64,000 bases of DNA from Cyanobacteriota bacterium. GTDB lineage: Bacteria; Cyanobacteriota; Cyanobacteriia; PCC-6307; Cyanobiaceae. The notes beneath the pieces are model-generated. The model ran no database searches and was not told the origin of the DNA. It saw only the letters and a program-made list of their open reading frames with translations. Where the stretch lies: positions 608,001-672,000 of the forward strand of contig JBJOMY010000001.1 of assembly GCA_046052125.1 (NCBI GenBank), in the 5' to 3' direction. The position numbers and the translations under genes were made by a program. Of the stretch, positions 19,560 through 32,957 are shown in pieces (the first letter of the stretch is position 1; the number at the start of each line of letters is the position of its first letter).

Positions 19560-19623
19560 GGCCGCCTGCCCCGGCCCCATCCATTGCATCCGCTTTCTCC
19601 GTTTCCCATCACCTCTCACCGTC

Positions 19624-20259
19624 ATGGCTGTTCTCACCGCAATCCCTGCCGCTCCAGTCGAGGCCCCTGCCCAAGCGGCAGCCCCCTCGGCATCCGGCCC
19701 CTCCTGCTCGATTCAGCGATCAGGCTCGCTCTGGCAGCTGGGCATCGAGGCCCAGGAGCTCACCACCGCCATCGGCCAGCTGGCCGAGCAGCTGGAAGCC
19801 GACGACCCCGAACAGCGCGCCTCAGCCCTGGCTGAGCTGGAGGCCGCCCTATTGGCAGAGGAGGGCAACAAAGCAGCTCTATCCGCCAAGGCCGATGCCA
19901 CCTGCTGGGTGATCGAGCACCTGCGCGGCCAGGCCGCCTACCGCCAGCAGCAGGCCAAGCGCCTCAGCGATCTGGCCCGCTCCGATGCCGGCCGGGCCGA
20001 TGCCCTGGAGGAGTCGCTGATCTTTGTCCTCACCCAGCTGCAGCCCAGCGCCACCCGTTTCTCGTTCCCCAATCACGAGCTCACCTCCCGCAAATCCTCC
20101 GCCGTGGTGATCGACGACGAGCAGGCCCTCGATGCCGAGTGGCTCGCCGTCACCACCACCACCAAGCCCGACAAGGCCGCCATCAAAGAGGCCCTCAAGG
20201 CCGGCCGCCAGATCACCGGCGCCCAGCTCCTCTCCCGCCGCTCCTGGCGCATCCACTGA
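19624..20259 (+). CDS. Siphovirus Gp157 family protein
   Basis: Coiled-coil body; RKSSAVVIDDE...KPDKAAIKEALKAGRQITGAQL C-terminus. Confidence 0.85.
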   Translation: MAVLTAIPAAPVEAPAQAAAPSASGPSCSIQRSGSLWQLGIEAQELTTAIGQLAEQLEADDPEQRASALAELEAALLAEEGNKAALSAKADATCWVIEHLRGQAAYRQQQAKRLSDLARSDAGRADALEESLIFVLTQLQPSATRFSFPNHELTSRKSSAVVIDDEQALDAEWLAVTTTTKPDKAAIKEALKAGRQITGAQLLSRRSWRIH

Positions 20260-20361
20260 GGGAGGGGGGGCAGAGCCCTCTTTCACGTGGGCTTGCTGCA
20301 GGAGCGGGCCCACGTGATCGGCCCCGAACCACAACAGCAACCAGAAGCCAATCCCAGAGCC

Positions 20362-20574
20362 ATGGATCTTTCCAGCTACGCCAGCGCCACCGCCACCAAC
20401 AGCCCCAGCAGCACCAGGCCCAGGGGGCACATCTGGTCAACCCGGCTGTGCAGCTGGGTGGTGCCGATCACCCGCAAGGGCAGCCGCCGGCCCTCGCCAG
20501 ATCACATCTATTGCAGCGAACCGCCCTGCTGGTTGCTGATCGAGCCCCTCGATCCAGCCAGCACCGCCAGTTGA
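20362..20574 (+). CDS. Small hypothetical protein
   Basis: ATG at 20362; lies between Gp157 and Rad52 on the same strand. Confidence 0.45.
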   Translation: MDLSSYASATATNSPSSTRPRGHIWSTRLCSWVVPITRKGSRRPSPDHIYCSEPPCWLLIEPLDPASTAS

Positions 20575-20628
20575 TCGCCTGCTGTCCATCCATTCCCGTT
20601 CTGACCGCACACCTCACCCCTCATCGCC

Positions 20629-21504
20629 ATGACCTGCACCTTCTCCACCGAGCAGATCACTGCCCTCTCCGCCCCCCTGGATCGCGCCAAGGTGCGCCAG
20701 CGGGAGCAGGGCCGCAGCCAGGTGAGCTACCTGGAGGGGTGGCAGGTGATCGCGGAAGCCAACCGCATCTTTGGCTTTGACGGCTGGCAGCGCGAAACCG
20801 TCGCCCTGCGCTGCGTCAACCAGAGCGAGCGCACCATCGGCCGGGACCAGCGCCCCGGCTGGGGAGTCACTTACACCGCCCGGGTGCGCATCACCGTGGG
20901 CGAGAGCACTGGTGCCCAGTTGATCCGTGAGGGCTGCGGCGCCGGCCACGGCATCGACACCGACCTGGGCCAGGCCCATGAATCCGCCCTCAAGGAAGCC
21001 GAAACCGACGCCATGAAGCGGGCGCTGATGACCTTTGGCAATCCCTTCGGCTTGGCGCTCTATGACAAGCAGCAGCGGGAGGTGACGGGGGCTGCTGGCG
21101 GGGGCGCTGCTCGTCCCGCCAACCAGCCAGCGGCCCGGCCCACGGCGTTGCGGGTGGTGCCCGCTACGTCGGCTCCGGCTCCGCACCGAGCCCCATCCAC
21201 GCAGGAGGGCCAGAGGGAGGCGACATCGAAAACTGAGCCACCCGCAGCTGCAACGGCTCAAGTTGCTCCAGCTGCCGCAGCACCCCAACCACAACCGGAT
21301 CCCGGCCTGAGCCCTCTCGATCCGGCCACCATCCGTCAGCTGCACGCCACCATCCGGGCCCTTCCCGCCCCGGTGCTGGAGGGTTTCAGCAAGGCCTTTC
21401 GCAAGCGCTTCCAGGTACCGGCTGACGCCCCCTCGATCGCCGATCGGATTTGCCAGCGCAGGCATCACGACTGGATCGAGACGTTTTTGGTGTCGCACCG
21501 CTAG
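20629..21504 (+). CDS. Rad52/Rad22-family single-strand annealing protein
   Basis: VSYLEGWQVIAEANRIFGFDGW...EGCGAG...ALKEAETDAMKRALMTFGNPFGLALYDK. Confidence 0.92.
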   Translation: MTCTFSTEQITALSAPLDRAKVRQREQGRSQVSYLEGWQVIAEANRIFGFDGWQRETVALRCVNQSERTIGRDQRPGWGVTYTARVRITVGESTGAQLIREGCGAGHGIDTDLGQAHESALKEAETDAMKRALMTFGNPFGLALYDKQQREVTGAAGGGAARPANQPAARPTALRVVPATSAPAPHRAPSTQEGQREATSKTEPPAAATAQVAPAAAAPQPQPDPGLSPLDPATIRQLHATIRALPAPVLEGFSKAFRKRFQVPADAPSIADRICQRRHHDWIETFLVSHR

Positions 21505-21599
21505 GTGCGCTCAGCAAAGCAGCACCAGTCGCCGCCAGAGGTCGCCGCTGCCCTCCACGGCTGAGCCGATCAGACAGGACACGACAGGGGCAACCGTGC

Positions 21600-21615
21600 T
21601 AGTACATGCGTACGC
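21600..21615 (+). promoter_or_regulatory. Putative cyanobacterial LexA (SOS) box
   Basis: TAGTAC-ATGC-GTACGC, close to AGTAC-N4-GTACT; about 15 bp upstream of 21630. Confidence 0.6.
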
Positions 21616-21629
21616 ATTGACCATGAGTC

Positions 21630-21914
21630 ATGGGCGCCCCTCTACCCCGACCCGCAGCACTGAATGCCCGGCTCGAAACTCCTGTCGAGGAGTGGCCGTA
21701 CCTCGATGAGGGCACCCTGCTGAAAACCCGCAGCCGCAAGGTCTGCATGACCTGCCACTGGTTTCGCCACCACGCCGGGGTGAACTGCATCCCGGTGCTC
21801 ACCTGCCAGCTGCATCAAGGCCTCATCGCCCATGGCGAGCACCTCACCAGCCGCTGCCAGGGTTGGACCGATGACATGACACGGCAGCAGGGCTGGGCGC
21901 CGGAGGTGGCCTAA
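21630..21914 (+). CDS. Small Cys-rich conserved picocyanobacterial protein
   Basis: KVCMTCHWF...LTCQLHQGLI...RCQGW. Confidence 0.75.
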   Translation: MGAPLPRPAALNARLETPVEEWPYLDEGTLLKTRSRKVCMTCHWFRHHAGVNCIPVLTCQLHQGLIAHGEHLTSRCQGWTDDMTRQQGWAPEVA

Positions 21915-21924
21915 GCAGGGCTCA

Positions 21925-22218
21925 ATGAACGTCGTCGACCGGCCCGCCCGCCCGCCGCTCTCGCCTCAGGAGGGCTGGATCAGTAATGGCCGGCAGGTGC
22001 TCCACTTCAAGCCGCTCCGCTACGACCGCTGGAGCCAGTCGCTGGAGCTGACCCTTGGGGAGGTGATGCCTGCCGGGGAGCCGCCGCTGCTGAAGAGCCG
22101 CAAGGAGATCACTCGCGTCGAGGCGATCAGGCTCTGGGCCGAGAAGCGCAAGGCTGGCTGGCAGACGTGCCCTCCTCAGTGGACACCACCCACTCCGCTG
22201 CGAGTCCTGCGGAGTTGA
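21925..22218 (+). CDS. DUF1651 family protein
   Basis: EGWIS...LHFKP...PPLLKSRKEI..EAIRLW...GWQTCPPQW. Confidence 0.8.
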   Translation: MNVVDRPARPPLSPQEGWISNGRQVLHFKPLRYDRWSQSLELTLGEVMPAGEPPLLKSRKEITRVEAIRLWAEKRKAGWQTCPPQWTPPTPLRVLRS

Positions 22219-22265
22219 TGTGGCAGTCCTTCCGGTACACAGGTAACTGTTCTGTCTTCTCCAGG

Positions 22266-23348
22266 TCAGTGGCGATGGCGGTGGTGAGCATCACTCACAT
22301 GGGGATGGACATGCTCCTGTTCCTGATGGTGGTGCTGATGGGCATGCCAGTAGGCCCGATTCGCCGGCACGCCATCCAGTTCTGCCCCGCAGTGCGCATG
22401 GTCGTGATGGAGATCGGGATGGGCTGGGTCGTGGTGGTGCCGGTGGTTATGGCGTAGCGGTGCGTGGTGATGCCAATGGCTGTGCTGCTCACGCAGTAGT
22501 AGCACCACCCCAGCGGCCATCAAGAACGCTGCCACGCTGAGGGGTGGGGTCAGCTGCTCTCGGAGCACCAGCAGGGAAAACAGGGAGCCAACAAACGGAG
22601 CCGTGGAGAAGATCACGGCCTCGCGGGCAGCCCCCAGATCACGCAGAGCGAGTAGGTCGAGCCAGATGGAGATGCCATAGCCGAGGGCGCCGATTCCCAG
22701 CAGCCCGCTGATCACTGGAAGTGATGGGAACGATTCACCCAGTAGGAGAGCCAAGCCGAGCATTGGCAGGGAAGCTCCCACCGCTTTGAGGCTGGCGATC
22801 TGGATCGGATTGCGCAGGCTCAGCCGCTGGCTGAGGTTGTTATCGATGGCCCAGGCCAGGGTCGCCAGGGCGATCAGGCTGGCCCCAGGCCAAGAGGCAG
22901 CGCTGAGGGTGCCTCCGGAGAGCACCACTGCACCGGCCAGGGTGAGAGCAGCGGACAGCAGGCCGCGTTTGCCGAGATGCTCCCGCCCCACGGCCACGGC
23001 AATGGTGAGGGTGAACACGGCCTCCAGATTGAGCAGTAGGGAGCTGGATGCCGCCGGCAGACGGGCCAGCCCGAGCACCAACGCAAGAGGGCCCACCACA
23101 CCTCCCAGCAGCGTGAGGCTCACCAGTGCGGGCCAGTCCTGACGCTGCACCGGAGTTTCCGCCTGGGCTCGGCCCTGAATCAACCGCACTGCCAGCAACG
23201 CCAGACCGGCGCCCGCGTAGAGCAGCCCGGCGATGCTCAGAGCCGACCCGGAACCAGTCAGCGTGCTGATCAATGGCGCGCTGCAGCCAAAGAGCACGGC
23301 AGCGGTGAGACCTGCCAGTTGTCCCCGTCGAACAGATGCATGGGCCAT
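22266..23348 (-). CDS. DMT/EamA transporter with His-rich C-terminal tail
   Basis: Two EamA repeats (LLLNLEAVFT; AVIFSTAPF); tail HSHWHHH...HVHPHVSDAHHRHRH. Confidence 0.9.
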   Translation of the reverse strand: MAHASVRRGQLAGLTAAVLFGCSAPLISTLTGSGSALSIAGLLYAGAGLALLAVRLIQGRAQAETPVQRQDWPALVSLTLLGGVVGPLALVLGLARLPAASSSLLLNLEAVFTLTIAVAVGREHLGKRGLLSAALTLAGAVVLSGGTLSAASWPGASLIALATLAWAIDNNLSQRLSLRNPIQIASLKAVGASLPMLGLALLLGESFPSLPVISGLLGIGALGYGISIWLDLLALRDLGAAREAVIFSTAPFVGSLFSLLVLREQLTPPLSVAAFLMAAGVVLLLREQHSHWHHHAPLRHNHRHHHDPAHPDLHHDHAHCGAELDGVPANRAYWHAHQHHHQEQEHVHPHVSDAHHRHRH

Positions 23349-23368
23349 GGCGGACCGTTCGTGCGTGC

Positions 23369-24534
23369 TCAGTTCCGGGATGCCGGCTGGGGACCAGCCA
23401 TGGCTTCGCGCAGCTTGGCCGTGTTGCCGCTCAGCAGCAGATCGCTACTGCGCAGGCCCTGCAGGATTTCGACTCGCTCAGCAGACTGCTGTCCCACGAC
23501 CACTGGCACCGCCTGCACCATCCCCCGCTGGTAACGGAACACCGTTGGCGTCCCATTCACCAGCTGCACGGCGTCGGCAGGCACCGACAAGCGTTGCTCG
23601 GAGGCCGGCACCTGCACAAAGGCGGTCACCGCCGTCCCAGCTGGGGGCAGGGGTGCATCGACGGTCTCGGCACGCACCACGTTGACCCGGTTGGCACTGC
23701 CGCTGTCTGGAGCCACGGCCAGCACGCGGGCGCGCAGCTCGCGAGATCCTGCCCGCACCCGCAGCAGCTGGCCGCTCGCCAGGTTGGCGGCCAGCACCGG
23801 CGACACCAGAAAGCGCAGTTCGCTGCCGCGAGCATCGCTCACCTGCGCCACCTCCTCACCGGCCTGGAGCACCACTCCCGGTGAGGCCTTCACGGCCGCG
23901 ATCCGGCCGCGGATCGGGCTGCGGATCAGCAGACGGCCCATGCCATCGGGCTGTCCCATCGCCGAGACCTTGGCCGTGGCAGCCCGGGCTTCAGCCGCTG
24001 CCGTCACGCTGGCGATCCGGCGACTCTCCAGCTCCTGCGCGGAGAGAGCACCCTGGCGGGCCATGGGCAGGGCCAGCCGGTATTGATAGGCCAGCGACTG
24101 GGCCGTGGCCCGGGCTGCATCCGCATCGGCACGCACCACGGCTGCATCGGGGCTCTGCACTGCAGCGATCGGCTCGCCGGCCTCGACGGCAGCACCCGGT
24201 GCCACCAGCACTCGCACGATCCGACCCGCCACCAGCATGCCGACGCTGGAACTCGCCCCTACCGATGCCTCCACAAAGCCGGAGATCGGCCGTTCGGTGC
24301 CGCTGCTCACCTCCGGGCGCACCGCGGCCAGGCCTGAGCGACGCAGTTGCTCGTCGCTGAACGCGAGGGCGTCGCTGCGCTCGGTGCTGGCTGTTTCGGC
24401 AGCTGACGGGGCTTTGCCTGGGCTGCCCTGGAGTCGCCCCAGCGCGATGCCCAGCAGCAGCGTTGCGCCGATCGCCACAGGAAGCAGCACCCGGGGCTGA
24501 CGCAGACGACCCGTGAGGCGGGGAAGGCTGAGGT

Positions 24535-24538
<4 letters not shown>
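23369..24538 (-). CDS. RND efflux periplasmic adaptor (CzcB/NrsB-like)
   Basis: ATG at 24538 overlaps the RND stop; TM anchor; lipoyl halves VAGRIVRVLVAPG and IRSPIRGRI. Confidence 0.9.
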
Positions 24539-27662
<3,124 letters not shown>

Positions 27663-27666
<4 letters not shown>

Positions 27667-28244
27667 TCGCCCCGCTTGTTGCGGCGGCTGAGCAGCACCG
27701 CGCCTGCGGCTACCACCACAGCAACGCCGGCTCCAGCGGCGATCAGCGGCAGCTTGCTGCTCTCCATGGTTTCGCCGGTTTCCGATTGGGTGGCAGCGCC
27801 CGCTTCTGCGGCAGGCTCCTCAGCCTGCTGGGTCTTCATCGACTCGGCATAGAGCGACAGCGCGCCGGAGATCACGATGTCGTCAGTGAGATCGATCCCT
27901 TCGCTCACCACCACCCGGTCGCCCTGGTTGGCGCCGGTCTGCACGTAAACAGGGTCAAAGGTGCTGTCGGTCTGCACGAACAGCAGCGGCTTGCCATTGG
28001 CGTCCACCAGGGCGGTAGAGGGCACGGTGAGGCCATCGGGGCCCGATTCAGGCCTGGCCGTGGCCACCCCCAGGAGAGCATCGCTCTCGGCATTGCGTTT
28101 CACCTGGCGGGCATCGCCCTGCTGCTGAAACTCATCGCCATGGCCCACGTGGGCCATGGCTCCAGGAGCGATCAAGAGGAGACTGAACAGAGCAACGGCG
28201 CTGAGGCTGGTGCTGGCGGCGAGCCGCAGGATCCGGTGGCGCAA
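27663..28244 (-). CDS. Miniature adaptor-like protein (HVGHGDEF N-terminus, membrane-proximal domain, C-terminal TM)
   Basis: Probable TTG start at 28244; signal peptide, then HVGHGDEF; VPSTALVDANGKPLLFVQ...VQTG...VSEGI resembles the adaptor C-terminal domain. Confidence 0.7.
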
Positions 28245-28287
28245 AACCGTGCGGAGCGGGAACTGGGCGGAGGATCGCGCAGCTGGG

Positions 28288-28304
28288 ATGAAAAACAGGT
28301 GAAA
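28288..28304 (-). promoter_or_regulatory. OmpR-type direct repeat (TTTCAC-N5-TTTCAT), probable binding site of the adjacent response regulator
   Basis: Plus strand atgaaa-aacag-gtgaaa in the divergent promoter; resembles the cyanobacterial CopR-type TTTCAT-N5-TTTCAT box. Confidence 0.65.
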
Positions 28305-28346
28305 TCGCCTGCGCTCACTAGCATCAGCACCCTGGATCCACCCCTG

Positions 28347-29057
28347 ATGCCGCTGCGGATCCTGCTGGTGGAAGACGAGAACGATCTGGCCGCTGCCATC
28401 CAGACGGTGCTGCAGCAGCAGGGCCATGTGGTGGACCACTGCGGTGATGGCCTCAGTGGCTGGACGCTGCTGAGCGGCGAGCTGGCCCGCTACGACCTGG
28501 TCATCCTCGATTGGATGCTGCCGGATCTGAGCGGGGTGGATCTCTGCCGGCGTGCGCGGGCTGCAGGCATGGGCCTACCGCTGCTACTGCTCACGGCCCG
28601 CAGTGACACGGCCGATCGGGTGGAGGGCCTCGATGCCGGTGCCGACGACTACCTCAGCAAGCCCTTTGCGATGGAGGAGCTGCTGGCGCGGATCCGGGCG
28701 CTGCAGCGCCGCCACCCCGGTTATCGGGAGCCGCTGCTGACGGCAGGGAGGTATCAGCTGGACCCCACCACAGGCACATTGTTAGTGCAGGTCGGCGGAC
28801 AGGCGATCAGCGTGGAGCTGTCGGCCAAGGAGCAGCAGTTGATGGCCTACTTCCTGGAGCATCCGGGCCAGGTCATCCCGGGATCGCGGCTGCGCCACCA
28901 GCTCTGGGATGTGCATCAGGATCCGGTGAGCAATGTGGTGGCGGCCCAGGTGCGGTTGCTGCGGCGCAAGTTGGAGGCGCACGGTGTTCCCTCGCCGATC
29001 AAGACGGTGCCCAGCAGGGGCTATCGCTTTGTTCCGCAGGCGGCCGCTACGCCATGA
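28347..29057 (+). CDS. rppA: OmpR-family response regulator, RppA/NrsR-like
   Basis: RILLVEDE; DWMLP; GLDAGADDYLSKPF; SNVVAAQVRLLRRKL. Confidence 0.85.
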   Translation: MPLRILLVEDENDLAAAIQTVLQQQGHVVDHCGDGLSGWTLLSGELARYDLVILDWMLPDLSGVDLCRRARAAGMGLPLLLLTARSDTADRVEGLDAGADDYLSKPFAMEELLARIRALQRRHPGYREPLLTAGRYQLDPTTGTLLVQVGGQAISVELSAKEQQLMAYFLEHPGQVIPGSRLRHQLWDVHQDPVSNVVAAQVRLLRRKLEAHGVPSPIKTVPSRGYRFVPQAAATP

Positions 29058-30415
29058 AAGCGGCCCGTTCGCCTGCCCCGGAGTTGCTGTGGCACGCCCG
29101 TCTGCGCCTGGCAGGCCTGTCGGTGCTGGTGATGGGCACGCTCCTCTACGCCGCCGGCTTCTCGATGGGACGGCTGTTACTACAAAGCCAGGAGCGAGCG
29201 ATCCGGCGTGAACTGCAGACCCTGGCCGGGACCCTGCACGACAGCCTCAAGCCCGCCCTGCCCCAGCAGGCCAGACCCTCCGCCGCACTCGCTGCGGTAC
29301 TTCCGGGTCTGTGTGTGGAAGGCGAGCCCTGCCGTCCGCCCACGGATCTGCTCCACCGCCATGCGATCAGCGCCAGCGATCCCGACCGCTACAAGCTGCG
29401 GTTCTTCGATCACCACGGCAGCTTGATCGCCAGCTCTCCTGGCGCCTTGCCCGTGGGGCCAGAACCGGAGCAGCTGGGCTGGACCCTCTCCAGTGAGCGG
29501 GCCACGGAACGCTGGGGCACCTACGGGATTCACCTGCATCACAGCAACGGCCCGGATGAGCCGATCTGGGGCTACCTGCAGATCTCCAGCAGCCTGGCGA
29601 ACTTGGACGCGGAAGCGCAGCGCCTGTGGTGGCTGGGCCATGGCGTGTTCCTGCTCGCCATGCTGGGCATCGGCGGGGCGAGCTGGTGGCTGGCCGGTCT
29701 GGCTATGGCGCCGCTGCTGGAGGCCTACCGGCGCCAGGAGCAGTTCAGCGCCGATGTGGCCCATGAGCTACGCACGCCCCTGGCCAACCTGCTGGCGCTT
29801 GTTGAAGCCGAGCGCAGCTCCATCCCTGATCGGCCCCACTCCAAGGCGGAAGCCAGCCTGGAGCGGGTGCTGAACCAGGGGCGACGCCTTCAGCGACTGA
29901 TCAGCGATCTGTTGCTGCTGGCCAGCCTCGAGCGCCCCTCTTCCGAGAGCAAACAACAAGTGTGCGATCTGGCCGAGATCAGCGCGGATGTGCTGGAGGA
30001 CTTCGGGGAACTGGCTGCCCTAGCCCAGGTGAAGCTGGCGCAGGGAGCATGGGTGGCCCCCGCCCTGGTGCGGGGTGTGGACTCCGAACTGAGCCGACTG
30101 GTGATCAACCTGCTGAGCAACGCCATTCAGCACAGCCCTGCCGGGGGGCGTGTCGGTGTGGAGCTGCAGCAGCGCGGCCGCGAGATTCGGCTGTCCATTC
30201 GTGACAGCGGCCCTGGTATTCCAGCGGCTGAGCAGGAACACATCTTTGATCGCTTCACCCGCCTGGACCCAGCCCGCTCCCGGCAGCAGGGCGGAACGGG
30301 CCTGGGCCTGGCCATCGCAAAGGCCATCGCCCTTCGGCATGGGGGCAGGATCACGGTGGAGTCGTCCCCGGGGGAAGGCAGCTGCTTCGACGTGGTTTTG
30401 CCAGCCTCAACCTGA
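29054..30415 (+). CDS. rppB: Sensor histidine kinase, RppB/NrsS-like
   Basis: LAGTLHDSLKP periplasmic motif; QFSADVAHELRTPL; NLLSNAI; GTGLGLAIA. Confidence 0.85.
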   Translation: MKAARSPAPELLWHARLRLAGLSVLVMGTLLYAAGFSMGRLLLQSQERAIRRELQTLAGTLHDSLKPALPQQARPSAALAAVLPGLCVEGEPCRPPTDLLHRHAISASDPDRYKLRFFDHHGSLIASSPGALPVGPEPEQLGWTLSSERATERWGTYGIHLHHSNGPDEPIWGYLQISSSLANLDAEAQRLWWLGHGVFLLAMLGIGGASWWLAGLAMAPLLEAYRRQEQFSADVAHELRTPLANLLALVEAERSSIPDRPHSKAEASLERVLNQGRRLQRLISDLLLLASLERPSSESKQQVCDLAEISADVLEDFGELAALAQVKLAQGAWVAPALVRGVDSELSRLVINLLSNAIQHSPAGGRVGVELQQRGREIRLSIRDSGPGIPAAEQEHIFDRFTRLDPARSRQQGGTGLGLAIAKAIALRHGGRITVESSPGEGSCFDVVLPAST

Positions 30416-30496
30416 CGATCTCTGGACAGAAGATCGGGCCCGGGGTTCTGCCTTTCTCGTTCCGGCTGAGAAGCTGGATCAAACAAAAGAGCTCCG

Positions 30497-30691
30497 ATGG
30501 GCGATCACGACGGGCAGAAGCTCACCCCCCGAGAGATGGTTCGGGCCCATGCCTACCCCGTGCTTGCTGCGGTGAGCACAGTGGCCTTGGTGGTTATCGC
30601 TGCCAGTCTCGTGCCCATCGCTAGACAGGCCGACCACATGAATCGCTGTCTTGCCGTACCCGGTGGCGCCGGCTGCCATCGATTCCGTTGA
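30497..30691 (+). CDS. Small membrane hypothetical protein
   Basis: One TM segment; followed by a hairpin. Confidence 0.55.
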   Translation: MGDHDGQKLTPREMVRAHAYPVLAAVSTVALVVIAASLVPIARQADHMNRCLAVPGGAGCHRFR

Positions 30692-30711
30692 AGGGCACAA
30701 GGCACAACAAC

Positions 30712-30732
30712 GCCCGGGGCATTGCCCCGGGC
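30712..30732 (+). terminator. Hairpin / likely terminator
   Basis: gcccggggc-att-gccccgggc. Confidence 0.6.
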
Positions 30733-31399
30733 ATTTGTCTGCTCAGCCGTGGTGCCGTCCCAAGGTGGTCGGGCGCAGCTGTGCGATGGATTGCGTTGAA
30801 ACAGCCTGATCGTTTTCAGATCAGGTGGTTTTCAGTTGTGGTCGGAGCTGCCGGCGCTGGCACCTGGGGCCAGGTGTCGATTGGGACGTTCCGTTGGGTC
30901 CGGGGCACCTAGGGCGATGCAGTGGACGGCGACTGGCTTGACACGCCAGGAACGTCAGTAGATCCGTCGAGAGTGTTGGAGCAGGGGCCGGATCGTCAGC
31001 GCGCTCCTACTGGCTGCTCAGGGGGGGTGTCTTCCATCAATGGAGCCTCCGAATCCCGTTGCAGCCACGATGGATCGGGCGGCAAGGCCGAGCAAGGGCA
31101 GCACGCCGATCGACACCGCTCTTCACCGGGGGCAATGGGAGTTCATGAAGGGGGCTTCATGGCCCGACCTGTAGCGGCAGGCGGTTTCCTTCGGGTCCAG
31201 TAGCCAAGGCCCCGGCACCAAAGGGATTCTCCCGTGAGGTTGTGCAAGAGGGTTCCCTGCGCCAGGGCACTGGCGATCACATCACCCGGCCTGCCCCAGC
31301 GCCTGCACCGCGCAAGGGCTGAACGCGAGTCGCTGCGCGCCCCTTCCGCGGCACTGACGGCACCGGGGCGAGACGGCGGTGTCGTTCGCCAGCACAGCT

Positions 31400-31648
31400 A
31401 TGGCCGCCACCCTCCTTCCCCTCTCGCTCCATCCCGTTCGCCCAGCTGCAGCTGAGCGGCACTGCCCGATCCGCATCATCTCGGTGCATCTGCTGGATGC
31501 CGCAGGCCAGCTGCTGCGGGTGCTCTTCCTCGATCGCGAGGGGCACATCACTGCCCAGCCGCACTATGTGCCCAGGGCAGAAGCCCTGATCCTTGCGGCC
31601 AATCAGCAGCGGGTGCTCGGCGCCCAGGCCCGGGTGCAGGTGCTCTGA
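31400..31648 (+). CDS. Small hypothetical protein (paralog of 58456..58668)
   Basis: CPIRIIS...LFLDREGHITAQPHYVPRAEALILAANQQ. Confidence 0.7.
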   Translation: MAATLLPLSLHPVRPAAAERHCPIRIISVHLLDAAGQLLRVLFLDREGHITAQPHYVPRAEALILAANQQRVLGAQARVQVL

Positions 31649-31776
31649 GGCGCTGGCACGCATCAGCGCAGCAGGCCCGGCAGGCAGTGCTGGGCCGTAA
31701 ATCCCTGCGGCAGGGCCCCGCTTCCTGCCAGTTATGCGGGGACTGCATGAAAGATCGCCTGAGGCAGAGTCGATCC

Positions 31777-32436
31777 ATGCCCCGACGTGTTCACGCCGCC
31801 AGCACCCTGGCTGTCGCGCTGGCCCTGCTGCCGATGGCCATGGCCCAGGCGCCGGTCGGCGCCAGTTCCGGAGCCACCGTGATTTCCGTTGGCGATGGCG
31901 ACACCATCCGCGTGCGGATGAACGAGAAGCCGATCACCGTGCGGCTGGCCTGCATCGATGCCCCCGAAACGGCCCAGAGCCCCTACGGCCAGCAGTCCCG
32001 CAGGTATCTGCAGCAGCGGCTGCCGGTGGGCAGCACGGTGACGCTCGAGCAGAAGACTTCGGATCGCTACGGCCGCCTGGTGGCCGAGGTGTTCAACGGC
32101 ATCAACATCAACCTGGCGATGGTGGAAGACGGCCAGGCTTTTGTGTACCGCCAGTACCTGAGCGGCTGCGACGCCAAAGAATATCTGGATGCTGAGTATC
32201 GGGCCAGCCGGCGCCGCTACGGGGTCTGGCAGGTGGAGGGCGGCATCACCCGGCCCTGGGATTTCCGCAAGGGCCGCAGCGCTGCGGTAATCCCCGATGG
32301 CACCACTCCCGGTGGGCGGCGTTACCGCTGCAGTGAGATCGGCTCCTATGCCCGTGCCCAGGAGCTGCTGCGCCAGGGGCACACCTACCTCGATAGCAAC
32401 AAAGACGGGGAGGCCTGCGAATCGCTGCGGCGATGA
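31777..32436 (+). CDS. Thermonuclease (SNase) with C-terminal Excalibur-like Ca-binding motif
   Basis: DGDTI, VRLACIDAPE, DRYGRLVA; LDSNKDGEACESL; signal peptide. Confidence 0.92.
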   Translation: MPRRVHAASTLAVALALLPMAMAQAPVGASSGATVISVGDGDTIRVRMNEKPITVRLACIDAPETAQSPYGQQSRRYLQQRLPVGSTVTLEQKTSDRYGRLVAEVFNGININLAMVEDGQAFVYRQYLSGCDAKEYLDAEYRASRRRYGVWQVEGGITRPWDFRKGRSAAVIPDGTTPGGRRYRCSEIGSYARAQELLRQGHTYLDSNKDGEACESLRR

Positions 32437-32578
32437 TCTGCTCGCGCAGCCCGAGTCCACGGCTACCGCCTCATGTGAGCAGAGGCAAGTCGGGAAGTTC
32501 CCCCCACGGAGAGCAGCGTGAAGGCTCTTCCCTGAAGCGAAACAGTCCTTACCGTGAGGTGTCATCAAGGATCAACGC

Positions 32579-32944
32579 ATGCTCACCGGATCAGACCTGC
32601 TGGCCAAGGTCAAGGAACTCGGAGATGTGTCCAAGTCCGATCTGGTGCGCAGCTGCGGCTATCTGAGCACCAAGAAGGACGGCACGGAACGCCTCAACTT
32701 CACCGCCTTCTACGAAGCGCTGTTGGAGGCCAAGGGGCTGAGCTTCGGGGAGGGCGGCAAAGGCCGCGGCAAGGCTGGCCGCAGCCTCAGCTACGTCACC
32801 AAGGTGCAGTTCAACGGCAACCTGATGGTCGGCAAGGCCTACACCGCCCAGCTGGGTCTGCAGCCCGGCGATGAGTTCGAGATCAAGCTCGGCCGCAAGC
32901 AGATCAAGCTCATCCCCCTAGGCAGCACCGACGACGAGGAGTGA
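32579..32944 (+). CDS. Cyanobacterial AbrB-like transcriptional regulator
   Basis: MLTGSDLLAKVKEL...FTAFYEALLEAKG...VQFNGNLMVGKAYT...FEIKLGRKQI. Confidence 0.9.
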   Translation: MLTGSDLLAKVKELGDVSKSDLVRSCGYLSTKKDGTERLNFTAFYEALLEAKGLSFGEGGKGRGKAGRSLSYVTKVQFNGNLMVGKAYTAQLGLQPGDEFEIKLGRKQIKLIPLGSTDDEE

Positions 32945-32957
32945 AGCCAGCAGAGCT

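Noticed and set aside
21630..21914. 'Galactose oxidase' label sometimes attached to this small family
   Set aside because: 94 aa with no kelch repeats or copper-oxidase features.
30740..31330. ORFs between the metal cassette and the thermonuclease block
   Set aside because: Short, stop-interrupted and motif-free; probably decayed sequence.
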